Source: Octopus bimaculoides
Lineage: Eukaryota
Assembly (NCBI RefSeq): GCF_001194135.2
Contig: NC_068995.1
Location: forward strand, 29,874,201 to 29,911,590
DNA length: 37,390 bases
Reading direction: 5' to 3'
Part shown: positions 1-12,146 of the stretch, piece by piece
Position numbering within the stretch: position 1 is the stretch's first letter
Layout: every line of letters begins with the position of its first letter
Notes under the pieces: generated by a model
The model's input: the letters and a program-made list of their open reading frames with translations, nothing else
Told to the model about the DNA's origin: nothing
Databases searched by the model: none
Translations under genes and position numbers: made by a program

Positions 1-254
1 CCCCTGGACTGGCTTGTGCGGGTGGCACATAAAAGACACCATTTCGAGCGTGGCCGTTTTCGTGCGGGTGAAACGTAAAAGCACCCACTACACTCTCTGA
101 GTGGTTGGCGTTAGGAAGGGCATCCAGCTGTAGAAACTCTGCCAAATCAGACTGGAGCCTGGTGTTGCCATCCGGTTTCACCAGTCCTCAGTCAAATCGT
201 CCAACCCATGCTAGCATGGAAAGCGGACGTTAAACGATGATGATGATGATGATG
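1..254 (+). mobile_element. 3' tail of an RTE-LINE-related repeat ending in (GAT)n; young copy
   Basis: Ends ...GCGGACGTTAAAC(GAT)n. Nearly identical to the reverse complement of 22975-23145. The same tail type is attached to RTE coding sequence at 29396-30284. Confidence 0.8.
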
Positions 255-580
255 AAAGACATGTAGTGTAGTATATATATTAATGGGAAAAAGTCTATCG
301 TTGTTAATACAGGAAGATGGGAATGTTTATTTTTTTCTGTTCATCATATCTGAGGATGTGGCATTATTTTCTCTCTCTAAGAATGAGCACCAACATAAAT
401 GGAAAGTATTAGAGATTGAATTAGTTTAGGGTAATTTATATAAAAACTAAAAGTTTCTAGTGGTTGAGTGTTGCAGAGTTCCGTCAGATGGAAGAAGTAC
501 AATGGGTACTTCTAGTTAAAATTTTACACTTATTGGGGGCAAACAATTTGTTTTGTTGTTTTTTTAACTTTTAATTTTTT

Positions 581-772
581 ACTTGTTTAAGTGATTAGAC
601 TGCAGCCATGCTGGGGCACTGCTTTGAAGAATTTTTAGCTGAATGAATTAACCCCAGTACTTAATTTTGAAGTCTGGTACATATTCTGTCGAACACTTTT
701 GCTGAACTTCTAAGTTACAGAGACGTAAACATGCCAAGACCAGTTGTCAAGTAGTAGTGGGGGACAAACAGA
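581..772 (-). mobile_element. SINE 3' module, decayed
   Basis: Reverse complement matches 31745-31860 (TTGACAAC..GGTGTGTTT..GTAACTTAG..GCAAAA..AGAAT..GTAC) and continues to ...CCAGCATGGCTGCAGTC. Confidence 0.7.
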
Positions 773-800
773 TACAAAGGTGTGCACACATTAAAACACA

Positions 801-1108
801 CATCATCATCATCATCTAACATCCAACTTCCATGCTGGCATAGGTTAGACAGTTTAACAGGAGCTGGCCAGGTAGAAGACTACACCAATCTACTGTGTCT
901 GTTTTGGCATAGATGCTCTTCCTAGCACCAACCACCCAGCAAAGTGGACTGAGTGCTTTTTATGTGGCATCAGCACAGGCAGGGTCAGTTTTGGCATGAT
1001 TTTTGCAGCTGGATGCCCTTCCAAATGACGATCACCTCATAGTGTGGACTGGATGCTTTTTATGTGGCACCAGCACTGGCAGAGTCACCAAGTAACTTGC
1101 AAGACAAG
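801..1108 (-). mobile_element. RTE-type 3' tail repeat, older copy with an internal duplicated unit
   Basis: Starts (CAT)n-CTAACATCC..TTCCATGCTGGCAT. The unit GATGC(T/C)CTTCC..GTGGACTG..TGCTTTTTATGTGGCA occurs twice, about 92 bp apart. Confidence 0.7.
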
Positions 1109-1162
1109 GAATTTTGAGAGGGAGGAGGAATTGGAGGAGGTGGCATATATATATATATATAT

Positions 1163-1326
1163 ACAATGGGCTTCTTTCAGTTTCCACCTATCAAAACCAA
1201 TCACTAATCTTTGGTCTGTCCAAGGCTATAATAGAAGACACTTGCCCAAAGTGTCACACAGTGGGACTAAACCCAGAACTATGTGGTGGGGAAGCAAGCT
1301 TCTTACCACACAGCCACACTTGCACT
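1163..1326 (-). mobile_element. tRNA-derived CORE-type SINE head
   Basis: Reverse complement aligns with 31508-31672: A-box-like TGGCTGTGTGG, B-box-like GGGTTTAGTCC, CORE-like TTGGGCAAGTGTCTT. Confidence 0.8.
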
Positions 1327-2148
1327 TATATTTTAAAATTTTATATTTTACTCCACCCCATATAGAGTTTGTGACTCCTATCTTGAGTATTAATAATTTA
1401 ATGATACAAAAGAAGACATAGAAGTTAAATTTATGATTCTAAGGTACAAATGTAAATGAAAATAAATTATACATAGAGTTATTACATTTACCATTTCTCA
1501 CATAAGATTTCTCATAGCCTGCAATATTTTATAGTCAGTTTGATCTTCTTAACACTTACTGTTCTACAATAAAGGATTAAAAAGAATCACACTATTTCAA
1601 ACAACAAATAAAAGAAAAGAAAAAATATTAGTAATATTTCTGTTTTTACAGCAAAAATATCATAAACACCAATTCTTTTAGTTTTGGCTGGGTATGTCAT
1701 GTCAGAAGTGAGAATGTTTTTTGCTCTGACAGATATCAAAACTAAATTTTCTCTTTACATGAAAGATGTGTTTCTTTGCATACCATTCTTCAGCATTCTT
1801 ATCATTTGAATTGAAGCTTACTATAGTGACATTTTCAATGAAGCTAACCTTATAACATAATGCAAAAAAAATGAATAAATATGTAAATAAAAAATTTTGG
1901 TGGTCTATCATCCATACACTGTAGTCTTCAAGCTATGTAGCTCATGCTGGAAGCTAAATTTGCTGAAACACTCCTGCAGACATATTTGTCAAATCTCTAT
2001 AGATGTCTATTTGAAATCTTAAAAATGTCTTTATATGCACGTATACATACACATACATACTACATGAATACATGTATGTGTTGTAAGCATCATATAAATA
2101 TGTATGCATGTAATATGTGTATGTATATAGGTATGTGTGTGTGTGTGT

Positions 2149-2968
2149 ATTTTTAAGTATATAATCATAAAAATATAATTATAATTAAGGGCACTGGAAT
2201 GTCAGCATCTATACGCTAGAAGTAGATGTCAAATACAATCCACTCTAAATTTGTTCTCTATTTATAACCTAAGGCCGAATGTGAGCAAGAAGATTTACAA
2301 ATTTTGGGTAATCCTATATCTTAAGATTTCATGCTCTGTAATGAAGATTACTTTGTTCTCCTTAATAGAGATAAACTGATAATATATATGTGAAAATTTA
2401 CATATACCTACATATATATACCAATATATACATGCATTTCCCACATATACATTACATCTAATTGCCCATCTTGGCTATGCTGTTAATGTCAGAAATAATA
2501 CAGGATAAATACAGTCCCACAGCATGATATAATTACTAGAGAACTGAAAATTATTTATACTTGTAAATTGAGGATATAATCATTAACATGATAATATCAG
2601 TGGCTAGCATATAAAAAAACGGCCATATGGCCAAGGTAGGTGATTAGATGTAATGTATATGCAGGAAATGTATGTATATATTGGTATTTGTATGCAAAAA
2701 TTTATCGTCATGTATATGTATTTTTTGTTTATATATTGTTGGTTTATCTCTACTGAGGAGTGCAAAGTAATTTTTATTACAAAGCACAAAATCTTAAGAT
2801 ATAGGATTATCTGAAATTTGTAAATCTTCTTACTCGTTTCCTTGCATTCGGCCTTAGAACAAATTTAGAATGGATTGTAGGTATTTGACACCTACTCCTA
2901 GCATATAGGCACTGACATTTCAGTGCCCTTAATTATAAATATATTTTTATAATTATATACTTAAAAAT
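2149..2968. repeat. Long inverted repeat: arms 2149-2478 and 2626-2968, ~150-bp spacer
   Basis: Colinear reverse-complement matches along the arms, e.g. TAATTAAGGGCACTGGAATGTCAG vs CTGACATTTCAGTGCCCTTAATTA, and TAATCCTATATCTTAAGATTT vs AAATCTTAAGATATAGGATTA. Confidence 0.9.
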
Positions 2969-3023
2969 TAATTTTACCAATATGGTCGTTTTTTTATATG
3001 CTAGCCACTGATATAATCATGTT
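2585..3023. mobile_element. MITE-like element with ~46-bp terminal inverted repeats
   Basis: 2585-2630 AACATGATAATATCAGTGGCTAGCATATAAAAAAACGGCCATATGG is the reverse complement of 2977-3023 apart from ~3 differences. No coding capacity; no clear TSD. Confidence 0.6.
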
Positions 3024-4074
3024 CATTATGTGCCTTATGAAGAATGAAAACTTCATTTTCATGTTTCCACTTCATATTCATGCAATTATTTTATACATAT
3101 GACATCATTAAACTTCAGGAATCTGATGCACATATGTATTTCAATCCTCTTTATTTACTACAACATAAAAATTTAACAAGAATCTGAGATCTTGACTTGG
3201 GAAGAAAACAGTATGAAAGAAAATGAATCATAGAATTCTAGAATGATATTATATATGTAGTCTAAACCATTCAAATAATATTTAGTGAGGAAAAGATATT
3301 GTTGATGTTTTTTTTTTTTTTGTGTTCATTATTTCCAAATTAAAATATGTAATAGTTGATGAAATAACATACATACATGTCAAAGGTCATGACTTTCAGC
3401 TCTGATACAAATTTTATGATGTGTCATCTTTTATGAATGACACATACATGTCCTAATTTCTTTTCTCTAGAAAATAGGAATTCTTTAAGATAGAGTTATT
3501 GGTTAGAAAGGACATCCAGCTGTAAAACACCTGTTGTCAAGATGAAAATATTTGAGATTTATTCATTCCTCAACAAGAGGTTTAAAAAGAAAATAAATGT
3601 TTGTTAGTCCCGATTGGTTGATACAAATGAACATTAAATGAAAACTATTGTGTCTAACAATGATCTGTTGTAATGAATGCTGGAATAAACTGTATAATGT
3701 AGCAACATAACATTGACAAATAACTATACAAAAGCTGTCTATTTATCTGTTATTCTTTTTGGTTAACCTCTACCCATCAACCTAATATCTCAGGAATAAA
3801 TCATCAACACAGTAGGGAAGGATTTTTTTTCCTTTTTTTCTCTTCCAAACAAACTTTCAGTTCTTCTCTTTGGTCAGTTAAGTCTCAGCTGAAACCTGAA
3901 ATTAAAACTATATCTTTCATATATTTTAGTAGTGTAAAGTTTTTCTCTGAGGGTTATGTTAATAGTTTAAGAGAACTTTTAAAATAGCCAGGGTCAGATA
4001 TGAAATTACCTAAATGTCTTTTTTTTAGAAGCTGTAAATCATGAAAAGAATGAGATCTTTTTACAACCTGCTTT

Positions 4075-4250
4075 GCATGGTGGTGGATTGATAGAAACAG
4101 AAGAGTGATATATAAAATGCTTTGTAGTATTTACGTAAGTTATGAGTTCAAATCCCATCAGTACTACATAAGTTGTTTATTTTTTCTGGATGTAAAATAT
4201 AAAGTGGAACCAGTCAAGTACAGGGAGCAATTAAGTCAACTATCAACTCC
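4075..4250 (+). mobile_element. Old tRNA-derived SINE remnant
   Basis: B-box-like GAGTTCAAATCCC, followed by an ACCAGTCAAGTAC tail motif resembling other SINE tails in the window. Confidence 0.4.
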
Positions 4251-4800
4251 ATCTTAACTTTTAAAATGACATTATGCCTATGAAAGACAAGATTAATAAG
4301 TTGATCATTAGAAAGTTGCCTACGTTTAAGTTGTAATAAGAATGTTTTTCATAAGGATATTGACAAACAATGATATTTCTAATCAGAAGTATTATTGGCT
4401 TGTAAATTCCTGCTTCTAAAACCTAACATTTTCGAATAAAAGAGTCTGTGCTCTCAGAAGGGATATCAATTGAACACAAGAATAAATGGTGTAAGGAATG
4501 AAATACAGTAGTACTAAATCCTGGAAAACAGTATAATAGGTCTAAACATTTAGCAGTATATCAGCAAAGCAATACAGAAAGAACTGTTTAACTAAAGAAG
4601 ATAATTATGGATGGGTAAACTTATTCCATGAAATTTGGCTTTATGATTATTTAATTATCTGGCAGAAACATATATTTGTACTAGATTAGCAAGGAAACAC
4701 TGGAAGGAAAAGCCCATCATTTGCCAGTTGGGTGTAAAATATGTAAAACAATAATATAAAAAAATCACTACAAAAGAGTTAAATAAGACTTAAATATTAA

Positions 4801-5450
4801 CATCTCCTTCAAAATAGTCACTTTGTATAGCATTACACTGGTTCCAGTATTCCTGCCACTTTTGGAATCTGGCCTGGAAGTCGTTTTCCATAAGCAAGTT
4901 AAGGACCTTCTGCAATTCACTCTGGATCTTGTCAACAGTTAAAACAGTCACCTTTGAGCTGCATTTTCATCTTGGGGAAGAGATGGAAGTCTGCAGGTGC
5001 TAAATCTGGTGAATACAGTGGATGCAGAAGTGATATCATCTGGTTTTTGATGAGAAACTCATGAGTAAGGAGAGTTTGGTGACAGGGTGCATTGTTATTA
5101 TGAAGAATTCAATTCTTCATGTGCCACAGATCCAGTTGCTTTTGTCGAATGACCTCCCTCAAATGCTTCAAAATGTCACAAGAGAACTCTCAATTGATAG
5201 TCTGACCCTGAGGGACAAATTCTCAATGCACAATACTACGGATGTAATAAAAGACAATGAATAAGTTCTTGATTGAGCTGCAGCTCGGTCGTGCCTTCTT
5301 TGGTCATGGAGATGAAGGTCTCTTCCATTGTGATGACTACTGCTTCATAGGATCATATTTGTAGATCCAACTCTCATCACCGGTGATGATCCTCGACATG
5401 AAGGATGGATCATCAGCAGCATGTATAAGTTGTTTGACTTGTTCACACAG
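4801..5450 (-). pseudogene. Mariner (DD34D) transposase remnant
   Basis: Minus-strand translation gives IITGDESWIY (ITGDESW at 5367-5387), ILHNNNAP, HPLYSPDLAPADFHLFPKMK (YSPDLAPAD at 4989-5015) and C-terminal SDYFEGD. There are 34 residues between the second catalytic position (mutated D>N) and the final D. Several in-frame stops. Confidence 0.92.
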
Positions 5451-5649
5451 TAACCATGGCTTAACCAAAATAGTTTTGTTATAACTAAAAGTGTCAGAAC
5501 CAGATGTTTTTTGTCTTAATCAGTTGGACAATGTAGCTAGACTGCAAATGAATTAATAATGTTTACCAAAGATTAATAGCTAAGACCTGTGAGGACAAAT
5601 CTTTTTTGGCCTGGAAGGCTGAAATATTTTAATTTCTTTAATAATCTTG

Positions 5650-6560
5650 TTAGTGGAGTGTCACTTTTTTAGTTTTAGGTAAATGCTTCTAGATAAGCTG
5701 TTTATCACATATTTGCAGGCAGGTTTTTTTTTTTATAATCACCTCAGTAGCCAACTTTCTTTCTATGGAGAGCCAAGCTTGTCCATTGTAGAACAATGAT
5801 AGGACTTTTTCTGTTTTAGCTGTGCTAGTTATTGGTAAGGTCAGAAAAATGTGGTACAATGTGGATAGATTAGGATAAATGGAACACATGTCATTGAGGA
5901 TAATGAATTTAAGTACATTGTTGATGGTCAGTTTCTCAACACTTGAATTTTCCTTACTCCTGGTGCTCATTATTTCTTTGTACATGTCTTTGAATGAAAG
6001 AGACTCTTGAACAATTTCAGTTTCACTGTCGATAATGTCTGAGTACGTGTCTGCTAAAAATTCGAATGTGTTCACATTATCTGCACTGTCAAAATGTTTT
6101 GGATCTAAACCACTAAATTTGGAAGCTACATTTTTAAAATGCTCAAATCTTTTACCTGTAGTATTTATTATAGAATTTAAGGATACTAAGTAGGTTTCAA
6201 TCATAAATTTCTTTCTAGCATCAAATATTATTTCATCCCTGCAAGTCCATCATAGAATCATTTACTTTTAAGTTGTCTGTGCTGCATGTATTCCATACTA
6301 ACATCACATGCTTGAGCCAATTCAGTTACTTCATTTTTAGTCTGTTTGAATTAAGATTCAGACTCATTTTCTCATATCTTTCATTTCTTTTTCAAAAATC
6401 TGAATCAATTGAGAAGTCACTACCAGATCTAGACTACTTGTCTGTAAATATGTGGTTAAATTGAAAGCCTTGCCCAGCATTTTACTTCAAAATGTAAGAA
6501 CAACTAAGAATTCATAAATACTTAGTGTTTCCAGTGTACCCTTTGCCTCAGTGAGCTGCT
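5650..6560 (-). pseudogene. hAT-superfamily transposase remnant (C-terminal part including dimerisation domain)
   Basis: ORF 5689-6204 contains IYPNLSTLYHIFLTLPITS..WLSIERKLA, the hAT dimerisation pattern. Upstream frames give YEFLVVLTF*SKMLGKAFNLTTYLQTSSLDL. Stops and frameshifts present. Confidence 0.8.
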
Positions 6561-9500
6561 TAAGAGCACAGTTTTTTTTTTTTTTTTATCCCACCATCCA
6601 GTTACTAATGCTAATAAAATCTGCAAGACTGCCTCTGCTGCTGACTTTCTGGATGCCCATCTAGTATCACAAAGTTTCTTTAGAGTTAGTGCGACTGATT
6701 TGATTTGATAGCATCATTCTTCTTTTAGTACTGAAAGGCAAGGTAAACTGCCAGAAAGAAAGATATAGACACTCATTTCTCTTATATTACATGCAATATT
6801 TCATTAGTTATAATATACATAACTGTATTCTACATTCATTAATTTCATGTTTCAGTAACAATGTCATTGTGCATAAAACTTACAACTACTGATGTAGGTG
6901 TGATGTGGGTCACTTAATATCAAGAGGTTATGATGTCAGGGTTTGGTTTGGTTCTTCAGATGTCAACAGACACCAATACACCACAGGAGATTGAGCAGAC
7001 AGTTTAAAAACATTGCAAGTTGGTCAAGTAAAGTAATGACTTCAGAAAGTTCTTCCAAGGCCATGTAATTAACAAACAAACAAAAAAAAAATAGATTGGA
7101 CTTTTATTGCACAAGTGAATTATAAAGAGTTACAAAAATTGTTGAAAAGACACCAGTTTTGAAAAATGTTCTTGGCAGTAGCAGTCGCTCCCTTTGCTCC
7201 ACCATTAGCTTTGCCACTGTTACCACTTATCAATTAGTTGGCTATTCTAGTGACATAGATCAACTTAATCAATGATGATCAATACTATCTAGAAACAACA
7301 ACAATTGAATTAAATACTGCCTTTTTCAATCACTTGTTATCATGTAACAATATACATCTATTTAATGGAAAAACATATTTCCTTCATGTTAGAGTTAAAC
7401 TTTAGTAAAATAAATTAGATATTCCCATGGTGAGTGACAACAGTTGAATGTGTTGTATATGGCCTATTGCTGCTGTTAACTTAAAACATGGTTAACTCAC
7501 CAAACGCAAGCCTATACCATACATCTGATCATGTTGTCTCTATCAGATATTGAAGTATATTTACATCTTATCAGTAATTAGGAAAACTGAGTAGGTTTGC
7601 ATAATTAATCTTTATCACTTTTTATTTATGTTTTTATTTTCAAGGAACTTTACTCCCTTCATTTTCTTAATTTCCAACAAGCACCAACAGCTGATTCCTT
7701 CATTGCTTTTTCTGGTGAGAAATGTTTTATGGTCCACTTGCCTTTTTAGAAGTGCCATATATCATACAATACTCCTGGTAATTAGAAAACTTTCTGAAAT
7801 GTTGAAATAATATATCATTGCTATAGACTAATGCTTTATTAATATCCTAAAGTAACATTTCTGAGATATTCTTATGGAAATCTCATGTTGCAAACTTCTG
7901 TAAGTTCTATTAAGAATTTCTATATGATTTCACTACATTCCATGCTTCAATAAAGCTCAATTTTGAATTTTCTCAAAACTTCTGAAAAAGAAAGAGAAAA
8001 AAACATTAACAGCTCCTTTTATGTAAGAAGAGAATGTCATAGACAAACTACAGTAACCTAGTTAGATTGTCAGGTAATATATTAGATCACTTCAGATGTC
8101 TACTAAACAGATGTTATTGTTGATGATGTTTCTCACATACCTCCCAATAATTTACAGCATTTGAAACCTGATAGTATAGATCATTAAACTAATATAAACT
8201 ACACAATTCATATAAGTTTGAACAACTAACAAAGCTACAACTAAGGTATTTGTGAAGTCTTTTTTTTAAGTTTCAGTGAGAGGATGAACTTTTTAATGGT
8301 TTTAAATTAATTTTAAATTAGTTATGCAGCTCCAAAAATAAAGATAATTTAGTAATTTTTTCCTTCCTTTGATGAGAAGATATACTTTTGAGGGCTGTGT
8401 CACTCAACTGTGAAATGGGAATAGTTGAACATATATGTACATTGAGACATGTAGAGTAACATGTCTAGCTTCTATATGATACAGTGTAATTGATGCTGAA
8501 GGATAATGGAGCTGTAAATTTGGATAAGAGAGAAAGAGAGAGAGCAGCCTCATTATTACTGTCTTTCATATCATTGCATATTTCAATATCATCCTTCTTT
8601 GGTATGGATTTACATGTACTTCTAATGATCAATTATAGTTTGTTAATTCTTGATTCATAATTTATAATTAAACTGAATAACTTTCAAGTTTACACTTGAA
8701 GTTTAAGTCCAATATGGTTGTGGTGGTGATACTAACATCAGCAGTAATTTATGAAGTTAATAACAGGAAAGTTAAAACAAGATAAAAGAAATGTATTTTG
8801 GGATGAAACAGTTACTTCATATGTAGGTAGTCAACCAACATAACTAAGGTATTGCTTCCTCTCTAGCAGTTGGTGATGTTGGACACGACTTATAAAACAC
8901 TCCAGAATGTCATAGCAGTGTTTGAATTTTCAGAACAATCTGACTTGTTTTAGCATGGGGATATAAATACAAAAGGTAAAAGAATGTGGAAAGCTGGCTC
9001 TCACTGTTTTGATTTTACTGGCATCATCAATAAATTCTTGCTGATTCATCATATCCAGAAGTTCATAAGAAGGAAACAAATTGTGTGTGTGTGTGTGCGT
9101 GCGTGCATGCGTGTGTGTAACAGAAAGTGGAAAGAAGGAGACACTTGAATTTTTCATGTCTGATCTGATATTGACCAGATTTTTGGCAACATTTACCTAA
9201 TTCCAACCATTCATTCACTCTACTCAATCAAACAACTTTCCAGTCTTCTTTAATGAAATCAACTCTTAACTATTTTCGAACTTAAATGCCCATCCATCAC
9301 ACTCTTCTCAGTTCATTCCATGCATGACAAATTCTGATGTAAATACCTCTACATCGTAGGAAATAGACTTGTAAGTTACAATTCTTATACTTAAGCTACC
9401 ATTTTCTTCTCAACTACCACCACAACCCCTATGCACTCCTACTTCTACATAATACCACCACTGCCATCACCACTAACATTACTAATACTGCCACAATATT

Positions 9501-10613
9501 TGTTGGCTTCTTTTAAAATATATTTCATTTAACTCCAACAGTGGAATATATTTTATTTCATGAGGAAGAAGAATTATCACGTGTTTTAGGCAGAACCTTT
9601 TCATGGAAAGGGATGGAATTTTTATTGGTGTTGAACAAAGTGAGACTAATAAGAGTGAGGACAAAGGAGAAGTAACTTGTGGGAGGTAGGGGGATAACAA
9701 GAGGCAATATCTTAAAGAAAACAGAAGCAATGGTCAGAGAGGGGGAGAGAAAATATGAAGAATGCCAAAAGATTTGAAAAATGTTGAAACAAGATAAGCA
9801 GAAAACAATTAGGAAAATGCTATATAAATATACAAACATGCACACACATGCTCATATATATCATCATCATTATCCTTTCGCATCTATAATTCCATTCTGA
9901 TATAGACTGAATTTGTTATTATTGTCTATGTCATCTTGCACACACAACAGAAAACCAGCCAACTTTGGCATGGTGAGTGTCTTACAGCTAAGCTAGGTGT
10001 ATTTCATTGTACCACCACCATCAAAAAAATAATCACAGGTTGGCTAAAGAGTTCTTATCAATCTGTATCACACTTTATTCGTAGTTACACCCTCTTTAAC
10101 AAATAATCTAAAATGCAACTTACAAAATCCACATCACTCTATATGTTCCGTTTGAGGTGTTTTCCAAGATTGAGTGCATTTTGAATTACCACCAACTTTA
10201 TAGGACATATTGAGTGCATTTTATTGTGTTACAAAAGAGGTTGTCAGTTGTTAGGAAGACTAAAAGATTTCTTCTGCCTATATCAGCTCTTATGTAGAGT
10301 TGTTGCCTTCCTAGATAGGTAACCTGCTATGTAACTTGATAAGTCCTCATCTTGCTCATAATATGCTTTACTTTGGCATGTCTTCCATGGGCGAACTACT
10401 TTACAGAGTGTATTGGGTGCATTTTATTGCTCTGCTGGCACTTGAGGGGTTACCATGTAAGAGCAGGACTTAGGATCCCACCCCCACTTCGAACTTTTGT
10501 CAGTTTTTATTCAGTCTTTACCCTTAAAATCAAACCAGAGTTGCCCTAAATGAGAAAAATTAAAGGATCCCCTCTCTATTCTATCAGTTTTGTGCTTAGT
10601 TAATGCCCTCCTA

Positions 10614-11821
10614 GATGGGTAGTGTGTAATACAGCTTGCAGAGGCATGTCTCAAATGCACATACTATTAATTTTGAGATGAGGGCTACTGAGTAAATGTT
10701 GTGGTGATGTGATGCAGCTTGATAAATGTTGTCTCTGTTATATGGGTTGTTATAGAGAGGGAGCAATTGCAAAGATATCCTAGACAGTTAAGGGTGAGAC
10801 TGGCACCACTGCTTTATGTAGAGGGGTATATTGAAAATTCCTATAGAAGCTGTCAGAAAATGTTCATGTTTGGCTATGATGGTGGTTGCAGCAGGGAAAG
10901 GGATGCATGTATACCATTCCAAAATATGTTTGCTGTGTATAAATACAGCACATGTTTGTAAGCAAAAGCAATAGAATGAAAAGGAAAGAGAGACAGTAAA
11001 ATAAGGCAGTATCAATGGTAGAGAGAGAAAGAAACAGAGAGAGGTATGAAGCTAATATAATAAATAGCAGGAGATTTTTAAAATTGATATATAATGAAAT
11101 TAAACATCACAAATTAAACTTGCAAATTTAACTCTGTGGTGCATATCTTATAATGTTGTACACTTTGTGCATTGTGTATAAATCATCTGTTTTGAAATAT
11201 TTTGATTAGCACCTTGTGAACATGTCTTTAGTTCATATATGGTACCCAGTAAAATTATTGACTGGTTGTACACTTTTTACATGGTGGTAACTATCCATAT
11301 AATTTTGTCATTATTATCTTCATTGAAAGAAAATTACCATAATATATAAACAAGAATAATTGGATAAAAGTAGATGCAGGTGGAAACAGCAAAGAAGCCC
11401 AGTGTTGGTGTGTTTATGTTCCCATAACTTGGCAGTTTGGCAAAAGAGACTGACAGAATAAGTACCAGACTTTAATAAAAAAAAAGTACTAGGATTGATC
11501 TGTTTGAGTTAAATGACTGAAACAAGAAAAAAAAAAAAACAACCAAAAAAATTAATGTTTAAAGTCAAATCTGGCCAATTGCCATAGCAGTTACTGCCTT
11601 CTTGTGACTCCAGTAAAATAACTTTGCCTCTAGTTATATTATGCTAAAATTTTAATTAACACCATGATGGGTAGTGTGTAATACAGCTTGCAGAGACATG
11701 TTTCAAATGTACATACTATTAATTTTGAGATGAGGGCTACTGAGTAAATGTTGTGGTGATGTGATGCAGCTTGATAAATGTTGTCTTTATTATATGGGTT
11801 GTTATAGAGAGGGTGCAATTG
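10614..11821 (+). repeat. 156-bp direct repeat pair (10614-10769 and 11666-11821)
   Basis: Both copies run GATGGGTAGTGTGTAATACAGCTTGCAGAG...GTTATAGAGAGGG(A/T)GCAATTG with few substitutions. Confidence 0.9.
11400..11527 (+). mobile_element. SINE 3' module fragment
   Basis: TGTTGGTGTGTTTATGTTCCCATAACTTGGCAGTTTGGCAAAAGAGACTGACAGAATAAGTACC matches 31780-31850. Confidence 0.75.
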
Positions 11822-12146
11822 GTCACTCACACTTTAGACTTCTCTGGTGATGGATCTGTGGGTTCAAATGCTTTGTTTGATGCACAGATAACATTCATGT
11901 TTCACTTTCCGAGAAACTTATGCTTTAGCTAGAAGCATCTCATGTTCTTTTAGAAGGATTTATTGTTTATACTTCTTTTTTCCTGTGGTTGTATGCCTTC
12001 TGTAAATAACACATTTTGTGGTTGTATGCCCTATGCTAATAACACTTTATAATGCTATGAACTTTGTGCATTACATATAGTATTATGTGCATCAAGTTAT
12101 TTTGATTTGTGTTTTGAGAGTATGCTTGTAATCCATATAGATATAT

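Noticed and set aside
8857-8943. Short frame QLVMLDTTYKTLQNVIAVFEF after an AG, resembling the MULE DxTYKT motif or an exon
   Set aside because: Only 28 codons, no further MULE motifs and no donor; compatible with chance.
9589-9684. 96-nt open frame between AG and GT (QNLFMERDGIFIGVEQSETNKSEDKGEVTCG)
   Set aside because: Weak splice sites, purine-rich low-complexity context and no recognisable homology.
11990-12053. Two ~33-bp tandem copies of TGTGGTTGTATGCC..AATAACAC
   Set aside because: Ordinary short slippage duplication with no further structure.
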